Assembly (NCBI GenBank): GCA_017532155.1
Contig: JAFXJP010000011.1
Location: forward strand, 1-31,470
Direction: 5' to 3'
Length of the DNA: 31,470 nt
DNA from: Clostridia bacterium
GTDB taxonomy: Bacteria; Bacillota; Clostridia; Christensenellales; Aristaeellaceae
Below the pieces are notes generated by a model. It was not told the origin of the DNA. It did no database searches and saw only the letters and a program-made list of their open reading frames with translations. Shown here piece after piece: positions 14,185 to 21,156 of the stretch. Position 1 is the stretch's first letter, and each line of letters begins with the position of its first letter. Made by a program: the position numbers and the translations under genes.

Positions 14185-14925
14185 TTATTTCTTTTTTTCG
14201 CCCTTTGGCGTAGCGCTTCCCAGCGGTTCCTTGCTGGGCGTGCCGGATTTACGCGGATAGCGTCGAGCGGTTGCTACCATTTTTTTAATCGGCTGGATAT
14301 AATGCTCGCGCCCTTCGATGGGCAAACGAATCAATTCCTCCGCCTTGCCGCCCAGCATTTGCGCCGCTTTTTTGCCCTCCTCCAGCTCATCTTTTACCGC
14401 CGGGCCCTTCCAGCACAGGGCATAGCCGCCGATTTTAACATACGGCACCAGGTATTCGCTAAGCACATTGAGCGGCGCTACAGCGCGCGCCACGGCCAGA
14501 TCCATCGTTTCGCGCAGATTGCCCCGCGCACCATCCTCAGCGCGGGCATGCAGCACCACCACGTTGTTCAGCTGCAGCGTATCGCACACATGCTGCAGAA
14601 AATCGCAGCGCTTGCGCTGGGCGTCCAGCAGCGTTACCTGCAGATCGGGCCGCGCGATGGCGAGCATCAGCCCGGGAAAACCCGCGCCTGTGCCCACGTC
14701 AATCAGCTTCGCGCCCTCTTTAAACCATTCCCTGTGCGCCAGCGGCAAAAGCGAATCGGCATAATGCCGCACAGCCATTTCCTGCTCAGGCACGTTGGTC
14801 AGGTCCATTTTTTCATTCCATTCCAGCAGCAGCTGGTGATAGCCCTGCAGCCTGTCGTATGCCGCAGCCTCTATTTCTGCGCCGCCCGCTTCCAGCAGGA
14901 GCTTTAATTCTTCCATCACTGTCAT
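14185..14925 (-). CDS. rsmG: 16S rRNA (guanine527-N7)-methyltransferase RsmG
   Basis: 246-aa ORF. LLEWNEKMDLT, SAM motif LIDVGTGAGFPGLMLAIARP, VTLLDAQRKRCDFL, and a C-terminal basic tail. The ATG abuts the holA stop codon. Confidence 0.9.
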   Translation of the reverse strand: MTVMEELKLLLEAGGAEIEAAAYDRLQGYHQLLLEWNEKMDLTNVPEQEMAVRHYADSLLPLAHREWFKEGAKLIDVGTGAGFPGLMLAIARPDLQVTLLDAQRKRCDFLQHVCDTLQLNNVVVLHARAEDGARGNLRETMDLAVARAVAPLNVLSEYLVPYVKIGGYALCWKGPAVKDELEEGKKAAQMLGGKAEELIRLPIEGREHYIQPIKKMVATARRYPRKSGTPSKEPLGSATPKGEKKK

Positions 14926-15954
14926 TTATCGTCCCTCCGCACGGATCCTGAGCAATTGCAGCATGGTTTTTTCCAGCGCGCCGCTCGCCGCACACTGACC
15001 GCTTTTGACGCGATATTCCGTCTCCATGCACAGATCCGTCATTTTCTTAAGCTGCATATCGGTATACTGCGCCACCGCCTGGCTGAGCTGGCGCACGGCA
15101 AAAGGCGGCGCGCCAATCTTTGCGGCAATCATATCAGGCGACATGCCGCCCGCGCGCAAGATTTTGACCGACAGCATGCGCCGGCACTCGCCCTGCAAAA
15201 GCGCCAGCAGATACAATTCCTCCTCGCCGTCGCGCAATAGCGCCTGCGACAGTGTGAAGGCATTCTTTGCGTCACCGCGCAGCAGCGCCGCCGTCAGGTC
15301 ATACACGCGGTACGCCGTGGTCTTTACGCAGATATCGTCGATATCCTGATCGATAATCTCCTCGCGCTCGCCCGCGCAGGCTGCCAGCTTCTGAATTTCC
15401 CCATGCAGCGCATAGAGATCATTTCCGGCGGTAAAGATCAATTTCTGACAGGTGGCAGCGCTGATTTTCTTATCCAGTTTTTTCAGCTGCTGAGCAATCC
15501 AGCGCGTCATCTCGCGCTCATCCAGCGCATTGAACTGCACCAGCGCCGCCGTTTTTTTCAGCGCCTGATAGAGCTTTTTGCGGCCGTCTGCCTTATCGCG
15601 CACATAGAAAACCAGGCAGGTGGTTTGGGGAATATCCTTTAAATATTCCGTCAGCGTCTGCGCGTTTTTGCTTTCGTCATAATCCTTGGCCTTGCCCTGC
15701 AGCATGCCGCTTTCCTGAATGATCACCAGTCGCTTTTCCGCCAGGAAGGGCAGCGTTTCCGCCGCGGCAATGATGGCATTGGCGTCAGGATCGCGCAAGC
15801 GCGTCTCATTCATCTCCGCCAAGCCTTCAGGCAAAAGCCTTGCCCGCAGTGCCTCCAGCGCCGAGCGCTTGATATATTCCTCCGGCCCTTCAAACACATA
15901 GCAGGAAGCAATATTTCCTTTTTTCAGTTCCTCAAAGAAAGCGCGATGATCCAT
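14926..15954 (-). CDS. holA: DNA polymerase III delta subunit HolA
   Basis: 342-aa ORF. N-terminal YVFEGPEEYIKRSALEAL pattern and length typical of delta. Located immediately downstream of comEC, as in Bacillus. The AAGGAG RBS overlaps the comEC stop. Confidence 0.85.
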   Translation of the reverse strand: MDHRAFFEELKKGNIASCYVFEGPEEYIKRSALEALRARLLPEGLAEMNETRLRDPDANAIIAAAETLPFLAEKRLVIIQESGMLQGKAKDYDESKNAQTLTEYLKDIPQTTCLVFYVRDKADGRKKLYQALKKTAALVQFNALDEREMTRWIAQQLKKLDKKISAATCQKLIFTAGNDLYALHGEIQKLAACAGEREEIIDQDIDDICVKTTAYRVYDLTAALLRGDAKNAFTLSQALLRDGEEELYLLALLQGECRRMLSVKILRAGGMSPDMIAAKIGAPPFAVRQLSQAVAQYTDMQLKKMTDLCMETEYRVKSGQCAASGALEKTMLQLLRIRAEGR

Positions 15955-15963
15955 CCTGTCTCC

Positions 15964-18291
15964 TTACTTCAAATACCCCTCCACGGCGTATTTCTCTTCG
16001 TGCACGGTCACCGTCAGCGCACCGTACGTACCCGTATCATATACCATTGCGCCAATATTCGCAAGCCTTGAAAGTGTTTTCTCGCTGGGATCATCCCCGC
16101 TGATCAGGCATACCGCAGGCTGCGTCAGCAAAAGAAAATCCTCCTGTGTGCTGTCCTGCGAGCCGTGATGCGCCGCGCGCAGAATATCCGCCGGAAGGCC
16201 CACATACTGCTCATAGGTGCCCGGCACATCGCTCATATGCAAAAGACGCGTACCATCCAAGTCAATCATCAGCGCCATAGCACAGTCATTGGGATCCTTG
16301 ATCGCGTGTCCGCTGCCTTCCTCCGGCCACATCAGGCGCACCTGCACGCGCGATGTTTCAATCCTGTCGCCCGCACAGACACAGGTGAGCGGCACGCCCT
16401 TTTGCTGCGCCGCCTCCAGCAGCTGCATCACGCTTGGCGAAACCGCTGTTTTGAGCGCTTCGGTGGACAGATAGATCCGCCCGATGCCAATCTCCTCCTC
16501 CAGCAATTGCTTAAGCCCCAGCGCATGATCTGTATGCAAATGCGTCAGAATCAGATGATCCGCCTGTCTGCCCGTCGACAGCAAATAGCTGCTCAAATCG
16601 CCGCCGTACTCGCCGGTATCAATCACGATTGTCTCGCGTCCATCTTCAATCACCGCCGCATCAGCGTCTCCCAATGCAAGCTGCACATAGTGCACATCGT
16701 GATTCTGCGTCAAAAGCATCGCCGCGCAGGCAAGGATCAGCGCGCCGCCGCCAAATGCCATGCGCCTGAGCAAACGCATGTTGACATAGCGCGTACACAG
16801 AATAAGCCCCAGCACAAAGGCCGCTGCCAGATACCACGGCGGGCTGAACACAGGTACGCTGGCCCACGAAAAGCTGCCCGCCAGGCCAACGCCATCCACC
16901 GTAAAGCGCGATATATGCGCCAGCACCGCGCCCATTGCCTGCGCAAACGGAAGCGACACCAGACTGACAAGCAATAAAAGCATTGCCATGAGCATCAGCG
17001 CTTCGGTCAGGATGCACACAAAGGGATTGATCAAAAGACCCACCAGCGACACACGGTTATACGCATAAATCACCGGCAGCAATACGCCCAGATTGGCGCA
17101 CAGCGTGGTCATATACGCCGTGCACAGACGATAACCGCGACGCGCCTGGAAGCGCACAAGCCTGCTTCTCAGCGCATCGCCCAGCAGTATCATGCCAAGC
17201 ACGGCTGAAAAAGACATCTGAAAGCCCGCAGAGAACAGCTGCAACGGCTGCAGCAGCAAAATCAGCATCAGTCCCAGCGACCATGCCGTCAGCGGATCGC
17301 CGCGCCGCCGCGTCATATGCGCATACAATTGATAACCCACCAGCACCGCTGCCCGCAAGATTGGCGCGCCTGCACCCACCAGCAGGCTGTAGGCAATCAA
17401 AAGCACGCCCGTCACTGCAAATACCACGCGCGGCGAAGCATGCATACGCTCAAGAAAGCGGATCACCAGCCCCATAATCAGCATGGCGTGCAAGCCCGAT
17501 ACGCTCAGCACATGCGCTACGCCCGCACGGTTGAAATCCGCGCGCAGCTCCTCCGGCATATCGTTTCTTTCGCCGATCAGCAGCGCGGCCGCCAGCGGTG
17601 CCTGATCGGAAAGCAACAGCTCCAGCCGTTCGCTGATGGCCCGCCGGATACGCAGCAGCACGCTTTGATGGTCGCTTTGTTCCTCCGGCAGCTTGATCAG
17701 ATCTGCGCCGCCGGATACACCAGCCGCTACGCCCTTTTGCAAAAGATACAGCCTGAAGTCAAACCCATGCGGATTTTCCTGCCCGGACGGATGATATATC
17801 CTGCCCGTAAAGATGACCTGCTGCCCGTCATAGGGCGGCAGGGGATCCTCTTCCTCCGGCCAGTATGTCCAGTACAGCTTGTCCTGGTAAAATATTTCGC
17901 CCGTCTCGCTTTTCAGCACCGCATCCTTCAGATACACCGCAATCCGGGTGTCCTCTTCGCGGATCTTGCTTTCGCCCGTCACCGTTGCGCAGATCTGATA
18001 TCTCCCTGTCGGCGGCATATCAGGATGCATCTCCATCGAGCAAATCGCCACGCCTGTAAAGAAAAAGCAGAGCATCACCCCGGCAAAAGGCGAGCGCTTG
18101 CCGGCATGCATCAATATTGCCAGCGCCACAGCCAGCACCGCTGCCAGCAGCCATATCGCGGACGCCTCCGCCCGATACCCTACAAAAACGCCCGCCGCGA
18201 GAGCCAGCGCCATATGCGTCAGCCATCGCCGCGGGAAATACTGCTCAAAATCAGATCTCAGCCTTGAGGCCCACCTGTGCCAGACAGACAT
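15964..18291 (-). CDS. comEC: DNA internalization-related competence protein ComEC/Rec2
   Basis: Polytopic N-terminal/competence domain (HVLSVSGLHAMLIMG, FQMSFSAVLG) plus C-terminal metallo-beta-lactamase domain (HLILTHLHTDHALGL, AAHHGS). Start is ambiguous: track GTG 18315, ATG 18291 (AAGGTG 7 nt upstream, preferred) or ATG 18213. Confidence 0.88.
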   Translation of the reverse strand: MSVWHRWASRLRSDFEQYFPRRWLTHMALALAAGVFVGYRAEASAIWLLAAVLAVALAILMHAGKRSPFAGVMLCFFFTGVAICSMEMHPDMPPTGRYQICATVTGESKIREEDTRIAVYLKDAVLKSETGEIFYQDKLYWTYWPEEEDPLPPYDGQQVIFTGRIYHPSGQENPHGFDFRLYLLQKGVAAGVSGGADLIKLPEEQSDHQSVLLRIRRAISERLELLLSDQAPLAAALLIGERNDMPEELRADFNRAGVAHVLSVSGLHAMLIMGLVIRFLERMHASPRVVFAVTGVLLIAYSLLVGAGAPILRAAVLVGYQLYAHMTRRRGDPLTAWSLGLMLILLLQPLQLFSAGFQMSFSAVLGMILLGDALRSRLVRFQARRGYRLCTAYMTTLCANLGVLLPVIYAYNRVSLVGLLINPFVCILTEALMLMAMLLLLVSLVSLPFAQAMGAVLAHISRFTVDGVGLAGSFSWASVPVFSPPWYLAAAFVLGLILCTRYVNMRLLRRMAFGGGALILACAAMLLTQNHDVHYVQLALGDADAAVIEDGRETIVIDTGEYGGDLSSYLLSTGRQADHLILTHLHTDHALGLKQLLEEEIGIGRIYLSTEALKTAVSPSVMQLLEAAQQKGVPLTCVCAGDRIETSRVQVRLMWPEEGSGHAIKDPNDCAMALMIDLDGTRLLHMSDVPGTYEQYVGLPADILRAAHHGSQDSTQEDFLLLTQPAVCLISGDDPSEKTLSRLANIGAMVYDTGTYGALTVTVHEEKYAVEGYLK

Positions 18292-18955
18292 TTGCAAACA
18301 CCTTTTCCGCTTCACTCAAAAGCGTTTCTTTGGAAATATCCGGGCGGAAATGCGTCAGCATCAGCCGCTTGACGCCCGCCGCCCGCGCCGCTTCAGCCGC
18401 CTTGCTTGCGCTCAGATGCGGCAAATTCTCCTGCCAAAGCGCATCCGTAAAGCACGCATCGCACAGGAAAAGATCCGCCTGCTTGACAAACAATTTGAGC
18501 GTGTCGCAGGTATTGGTATCGCCCGAATAGCACAGCACCCTGCCCTCATGCTCAAAACGCACCGCATAGGAGGGCACGGGATGGCGCACAGGCGCAGCGG
18601 TAAAGCGCACCGCGCCAATCTGCCCGCCCTTTGCGATATCGCACCATTCATAAGCCGGGCAATCCAGCAGCGCGCGGATATTCTCCGGCGCGCAGGGCGC
18701 ATACACCTTCACGCGCTTCCCCGTCATCGCAAAACGGAAGCTCAGCGGCAAAAGATCGGACATATGATCATAGTGCAGATGCGACAATACAATTGCGTCA
18801 ATCTTTTCCGGCTCTGTCAGCGCCGTAAGAAAGGACAGCGAGCCGCTGCCGCATTCCAGCAGAATGCGCGTATCGCCCGCCTTGATCAGATATCCGCTGC
18901 AGGCGCCGCCCGCCTCGGGATAGGGACCGTTACAGCCTAGAACCGTCAGCCGCAT
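18251..18955 (-). CDS. MBL-fold metallo-hydrolase (RNase Z/PhnP-like small family)
   Basis: 234-aa ORF. MRLTVLGCNGPYP, HxHxDH motif LSHLHYDH, later GDT and THF motifs. Its start overlaps the end of the CPBP gene by 26 nt. Confidence 0.8.
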   Translation of the reverse strand: MRLTVLGCNGPYPEAGGACSGYLIKAGDTRILLECGSGSLSFLTALTEPEKIDAIVLSHLHYDHMSDLLPLSFRFAMTGKRVKVYAPCAPENIRALLDCPAYEWCDIAKGGQIGAVRFTAAPVRHPVPSYAVRFEHEGRVLCYSGDTNTCDTLKLFVKQADLFLCDACFTDALWQENLPHLSASKAAEAARAAGVKRLMLTHFRPDISKETLLSEAEKVFANVCLAQVGLKAEI

Positions 18956-19721
18956 GCGTTTCTTCCTCCCGCATCAGTCGTCTTACACAAAAGAAAAATG
19001 CAAACAAACACAAAAAGATACTCAGCGTGCCAATCTGTACGTCTCTCATGTTCAGCAGCAGCACCACGGCGTTATACAGCCCATGAAAGAGCATCGATGC
19101 GCCGATGCCGCGCTTGATCATGATCTTTCCCAACAGGCAGCCCATCAGAAAAAGTCCGGGCAGCGCCGCGATATCCAGATGCAGCGCTGCAAATGCCAAC
19201 GCCACGCCCCATACCGCTCCGCGCGGGAAAAACTTGCTGACCGCCGTTTGCAAAAAGCCGCGGAAGAAAAGCTCCTCGGCAATTGCCGGCACAACCGCCA
19301 CGCACAAAAGCGCCATCGCCCACTGCGCTGCATTCTCAGGCTCGGGCAGCGGCGTATCCTCCGGCACATAGCCAAGCGTCCCCTCCACCAGCGGCAGCCA
19401 CAGCGCCACTGCCAGCGAGACCACCACCGTACAGGCGACAGACAAAAGCATGCAATAGCCCGTCGTATCCACCGAAAGCCTTTTCCACTGCGATAAAAAC
19501 CGCTGCCAGCGATTCTCTCTGGCGCGCAGTATCAGTATAGCCGGCGCAATGAACAAGAACAGCTGCTGCACGGCGTTCACCAGATAATACGCCAGCAGCG
19601 AGTTTCCCAAGCCTGCGCTTACCCCGTACATGTACGCCGCCGGAACGCCAAAGTATCCCAATGCAGCCAGCGCAACGGCAGCGATATAGCTGATCAGCGC
19701 ACGCTTATTTTCCGATTTCAT
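18930..19721 (-). CDS. CPBP-family intramembrane glutamic endopeptidase (CAAX protease / Abi domain)
   Basis: Polytopic ORF with the three CPBP motifs AEELFFRGF, FAALH and HGLYN. Start set at ATG 19721 (GGGAGA 5 nt upstream), which overlaps the upstream MBL gene by 17 nt. The track start at 19823 would read through the preceding gene. Confidence 0.8.
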   Translation of the reverse strand: MKSENKRALISYIAAVALAALGYFGVPAAYMYGVSAGLGNSLLAYYLVNAVQQLFLFIAPAILILRARENRWQRFLSQWKRLSVDTTGYCMLLSVACTVVVSLAVALWLPLVEGTLGYVPEDTPLPEPENAAQWAMALLCVAVVPAIAEELFFRGFLQTAVSKFFPRGAVWGVALAFAALHLDIAALPGLFLMGCLLGKIMIKRGIGASMLFHGLYNAVVLLLNMRDVQIGTLSIFLCLFAFFFCVRRLMREEETHAADGSRL

Positions 19722-20508
19722 AGCGATCTCCCGTCCGGTCGCGCCAGGCCATGCCCACGCATACGTCCTCGCCCACGCACAGCCCCTGCTCCCGCAGGAT
19801 GCCGCACACCGTCTGCAGCGCAAGCTCAGGCGAATTATTCTCCTGGCTCAAATGCCCCAGCACAATGTGCCTCACGCCCGTCTTTTGCAATTCAAGAATG
19901 GCGCCGGTGCATGCGCTGTTGCTCAGATGCCCATAGCGGCTCTGAATGCGCGTTTTAAGACGCTGGGAATAATGCTCATTTTCCTTCAGCATATCAGGAT
20001 CATAATTGCTCTCCAGCAGCAAAAGATCCACGCCCGCAAGCACCTGCAGCGTTTTTTTGCTGAATACGCCCATGTCCGTGGCCGTGGCAACGCTGTGCCC
20101 GCCGTAATCGATACGGTAGCCCACGCTCTCCGCCGCATCGTGCGAGGTTAAATAGGGCAGGATGCTGACGCCGCCAATATAAAAGGTTTCGCCGCTTTCA
20201 AACACCCTGCGGCAGGCCGGGGCAATCGCGCCCACATGCTTTTCCATCGCCTGCCAGGTACGCTCGTTGGCATACACCGGAATGCGGTATTTGCGGCTTA
20301 ATACGCCCACGCCCTTGACATGGTCGCTGTGCTCATGCGTCACCAGAATGGCTGACAGCGTTTCAGGCAACACGCCGATTTTCGACAGCGCTTCGCTCAC
20401 CGTTTTGCCCGGCAAACCCGCATCCACCAGCAGGTGCGTATCGCCCGCGCCAATATAGATGGCATTGCCGCTTGAGCCCGAAAACAAAGAACAAAATGTA
20501 ATTTTCAT
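19705..20508 (-). CDS. YycJ/WalJ-family MBL-fold metallo-hydrolase
   Basis: 267-aa ORF collinear by eye with B. subtilis YycJ: FSGSSGNAIYIGAGDTHLLVDAGL, ILVTHEHSDHVKGVGVLSRKYRIPVYANERTW, SHDAAE, GHLSN, LGHLSQENN. Confidence 0.85.
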   Translation of the reverse strand: MKITFCSLFSGSSGNAIYIGAGDTHLLVDAGLPGKTVSEALSKIGVLPETLSAILVTHEHSDHVKGVGVLSRKYRIPVYANERTWQAMEKHVGAIAPACRRVFESGETFYIGGVSILPYLTSHDAAESVGYRIDYGGHSVATATDMGVFSKKTLQVLAGVDLLLLESNYDPDMLKENEHYSQRLKTRIQSRYGHLSNSACTGAILELQKTGVRHIVLGHLSQENNSPELALQTVCGILREQGLCVGEDVCVGMAWRDRTGDRYEIGK

Positions 20509-20539
20509 GCCTTTTTTCCTTTGAATTTATCCAGTTTAT

Positions 20540-20568
20540 ATTATACAGGGCGCGGAGGGATGTGGCAA
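20540..20568 (-). promoter_or_regulatory. Sigma-A-type promoter for the MBL-CPBP-MBL-comEC-holA-rsmG operon
   Basis: Minus strand: TTGCCA (20568-20563), 17-nt spacer, consensus TATAAT (20545-20540). About 30 nt upstream of the ATG at 20508. Confidence 0.65.
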
Positions 20569-20598
20569 GAGAAATTTGTGGGAAGAAGGGGGACGTTA

Positions 20599-20886
20599 GG
20601 GAGGCGGCTTTGGAGCCCAAAGCCCCTCCCTAAAACCCATCCGAAAAGCAGTCTTTGGGGTGACTTGTTTCGGCAGGCTTATCGAAAAAGAGAGTGGATT
20701 CCACGGATGCGAGCAAGCTCGCCCCGATGGCCTCCGCTCTCTTTTTCTGCGCGCTTCGCGCGCCCGGACGGCACAGCCGTCCGGGCCTGCCGACTTCTTG
20801 TGCAGTAGCGCCCGCGGGGGATCGCCGTTTCGCTGCGGCGAAACGAGCGGGACCTCACTATTGCGTCGCCGCAGCGGCGTACCCTT
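20599..20886. repeat. Dense array of GC-rich stem-loop modules, including shuffled/inverted variants of the repeat-core modules
   Basis: Hairpins at 20599-20630 (14 bp, one bulge, loop AGC), 20641-20673, 20685-20750 (outer stem GAAAAAGAGAG/CTCTCTTTTTC, inner GCGAGC-AA-GCTCGC), 20759-20773, 20774-20794 (CCGGACGGC-ACA-GCCGTCCGG) and 20827-20844. 20685-20750 resembles the reverse complement of the long hairpin of copy A (204-263). 20647-20670 resembles the reverse complement of the core segment ACAAGTCACC.AAAG. Confidence 0.75.
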
Positions 20887-21138
20887 CCCGCTCGTTTTTT
20901 CCGCAGAAAAAGCGGCGAAACCTTTCGCACAAGTCACCAAAGCGGCAGTCCGCGGAGCTGTGCTCCGCGGGTTTGCGAAGCAAACTGAAAAAGGGGCTTG
21001 GAAGCGGGGGGAAAGCTTGCTTTCCCGAACGATTCCAACCCCTTTTTCAATCAACCGCCGCGACAAAGGATCCACCCAAGCCTCGGCTCAAACGCAGGTT
21101 CTTTGGTACTTTCTTGACGCAAGAAAGTACCGTCCTCC
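20887..21138 (+). repeat. Interspersed multi-hairpin intergenic repeat, core copy B (partner of 103-353)
   Basis: Collinear with copy A. Hairpins at 20950-20970, 20971-20985, 20988-21047 and 21105-21131. Ends 18 nt from the stop codon of the minus-strand gene at 21157, the same position relative to a gene 3' end as copy A. Confidence 0.85.
20988..21047. terminator. Bidirectional intrinsic-terminator-like long hairpin embedded in repeat copy B
   Basis: AAAAAGGGGCTTGGAAGC ... GATTCCAACCCCTTTTT with inner palindrome GGGAAAGC-TT-GCTTTCCC (21009-21026). U-tract available on both strands. Confidence 0.55.
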
Positions 21139-21156
21139 CTCGTCTCCTCCGTCCTC

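Noticed and set aside
20599-21138. Possible CRISPR array, because of many short palindromic units
   Set aside because: There is no constant direct repeat alternating with unique spacers at fixed periodicity. The units differ in sequence and length, are themselves hairpins and abut each other. No cas genes are present in the window.
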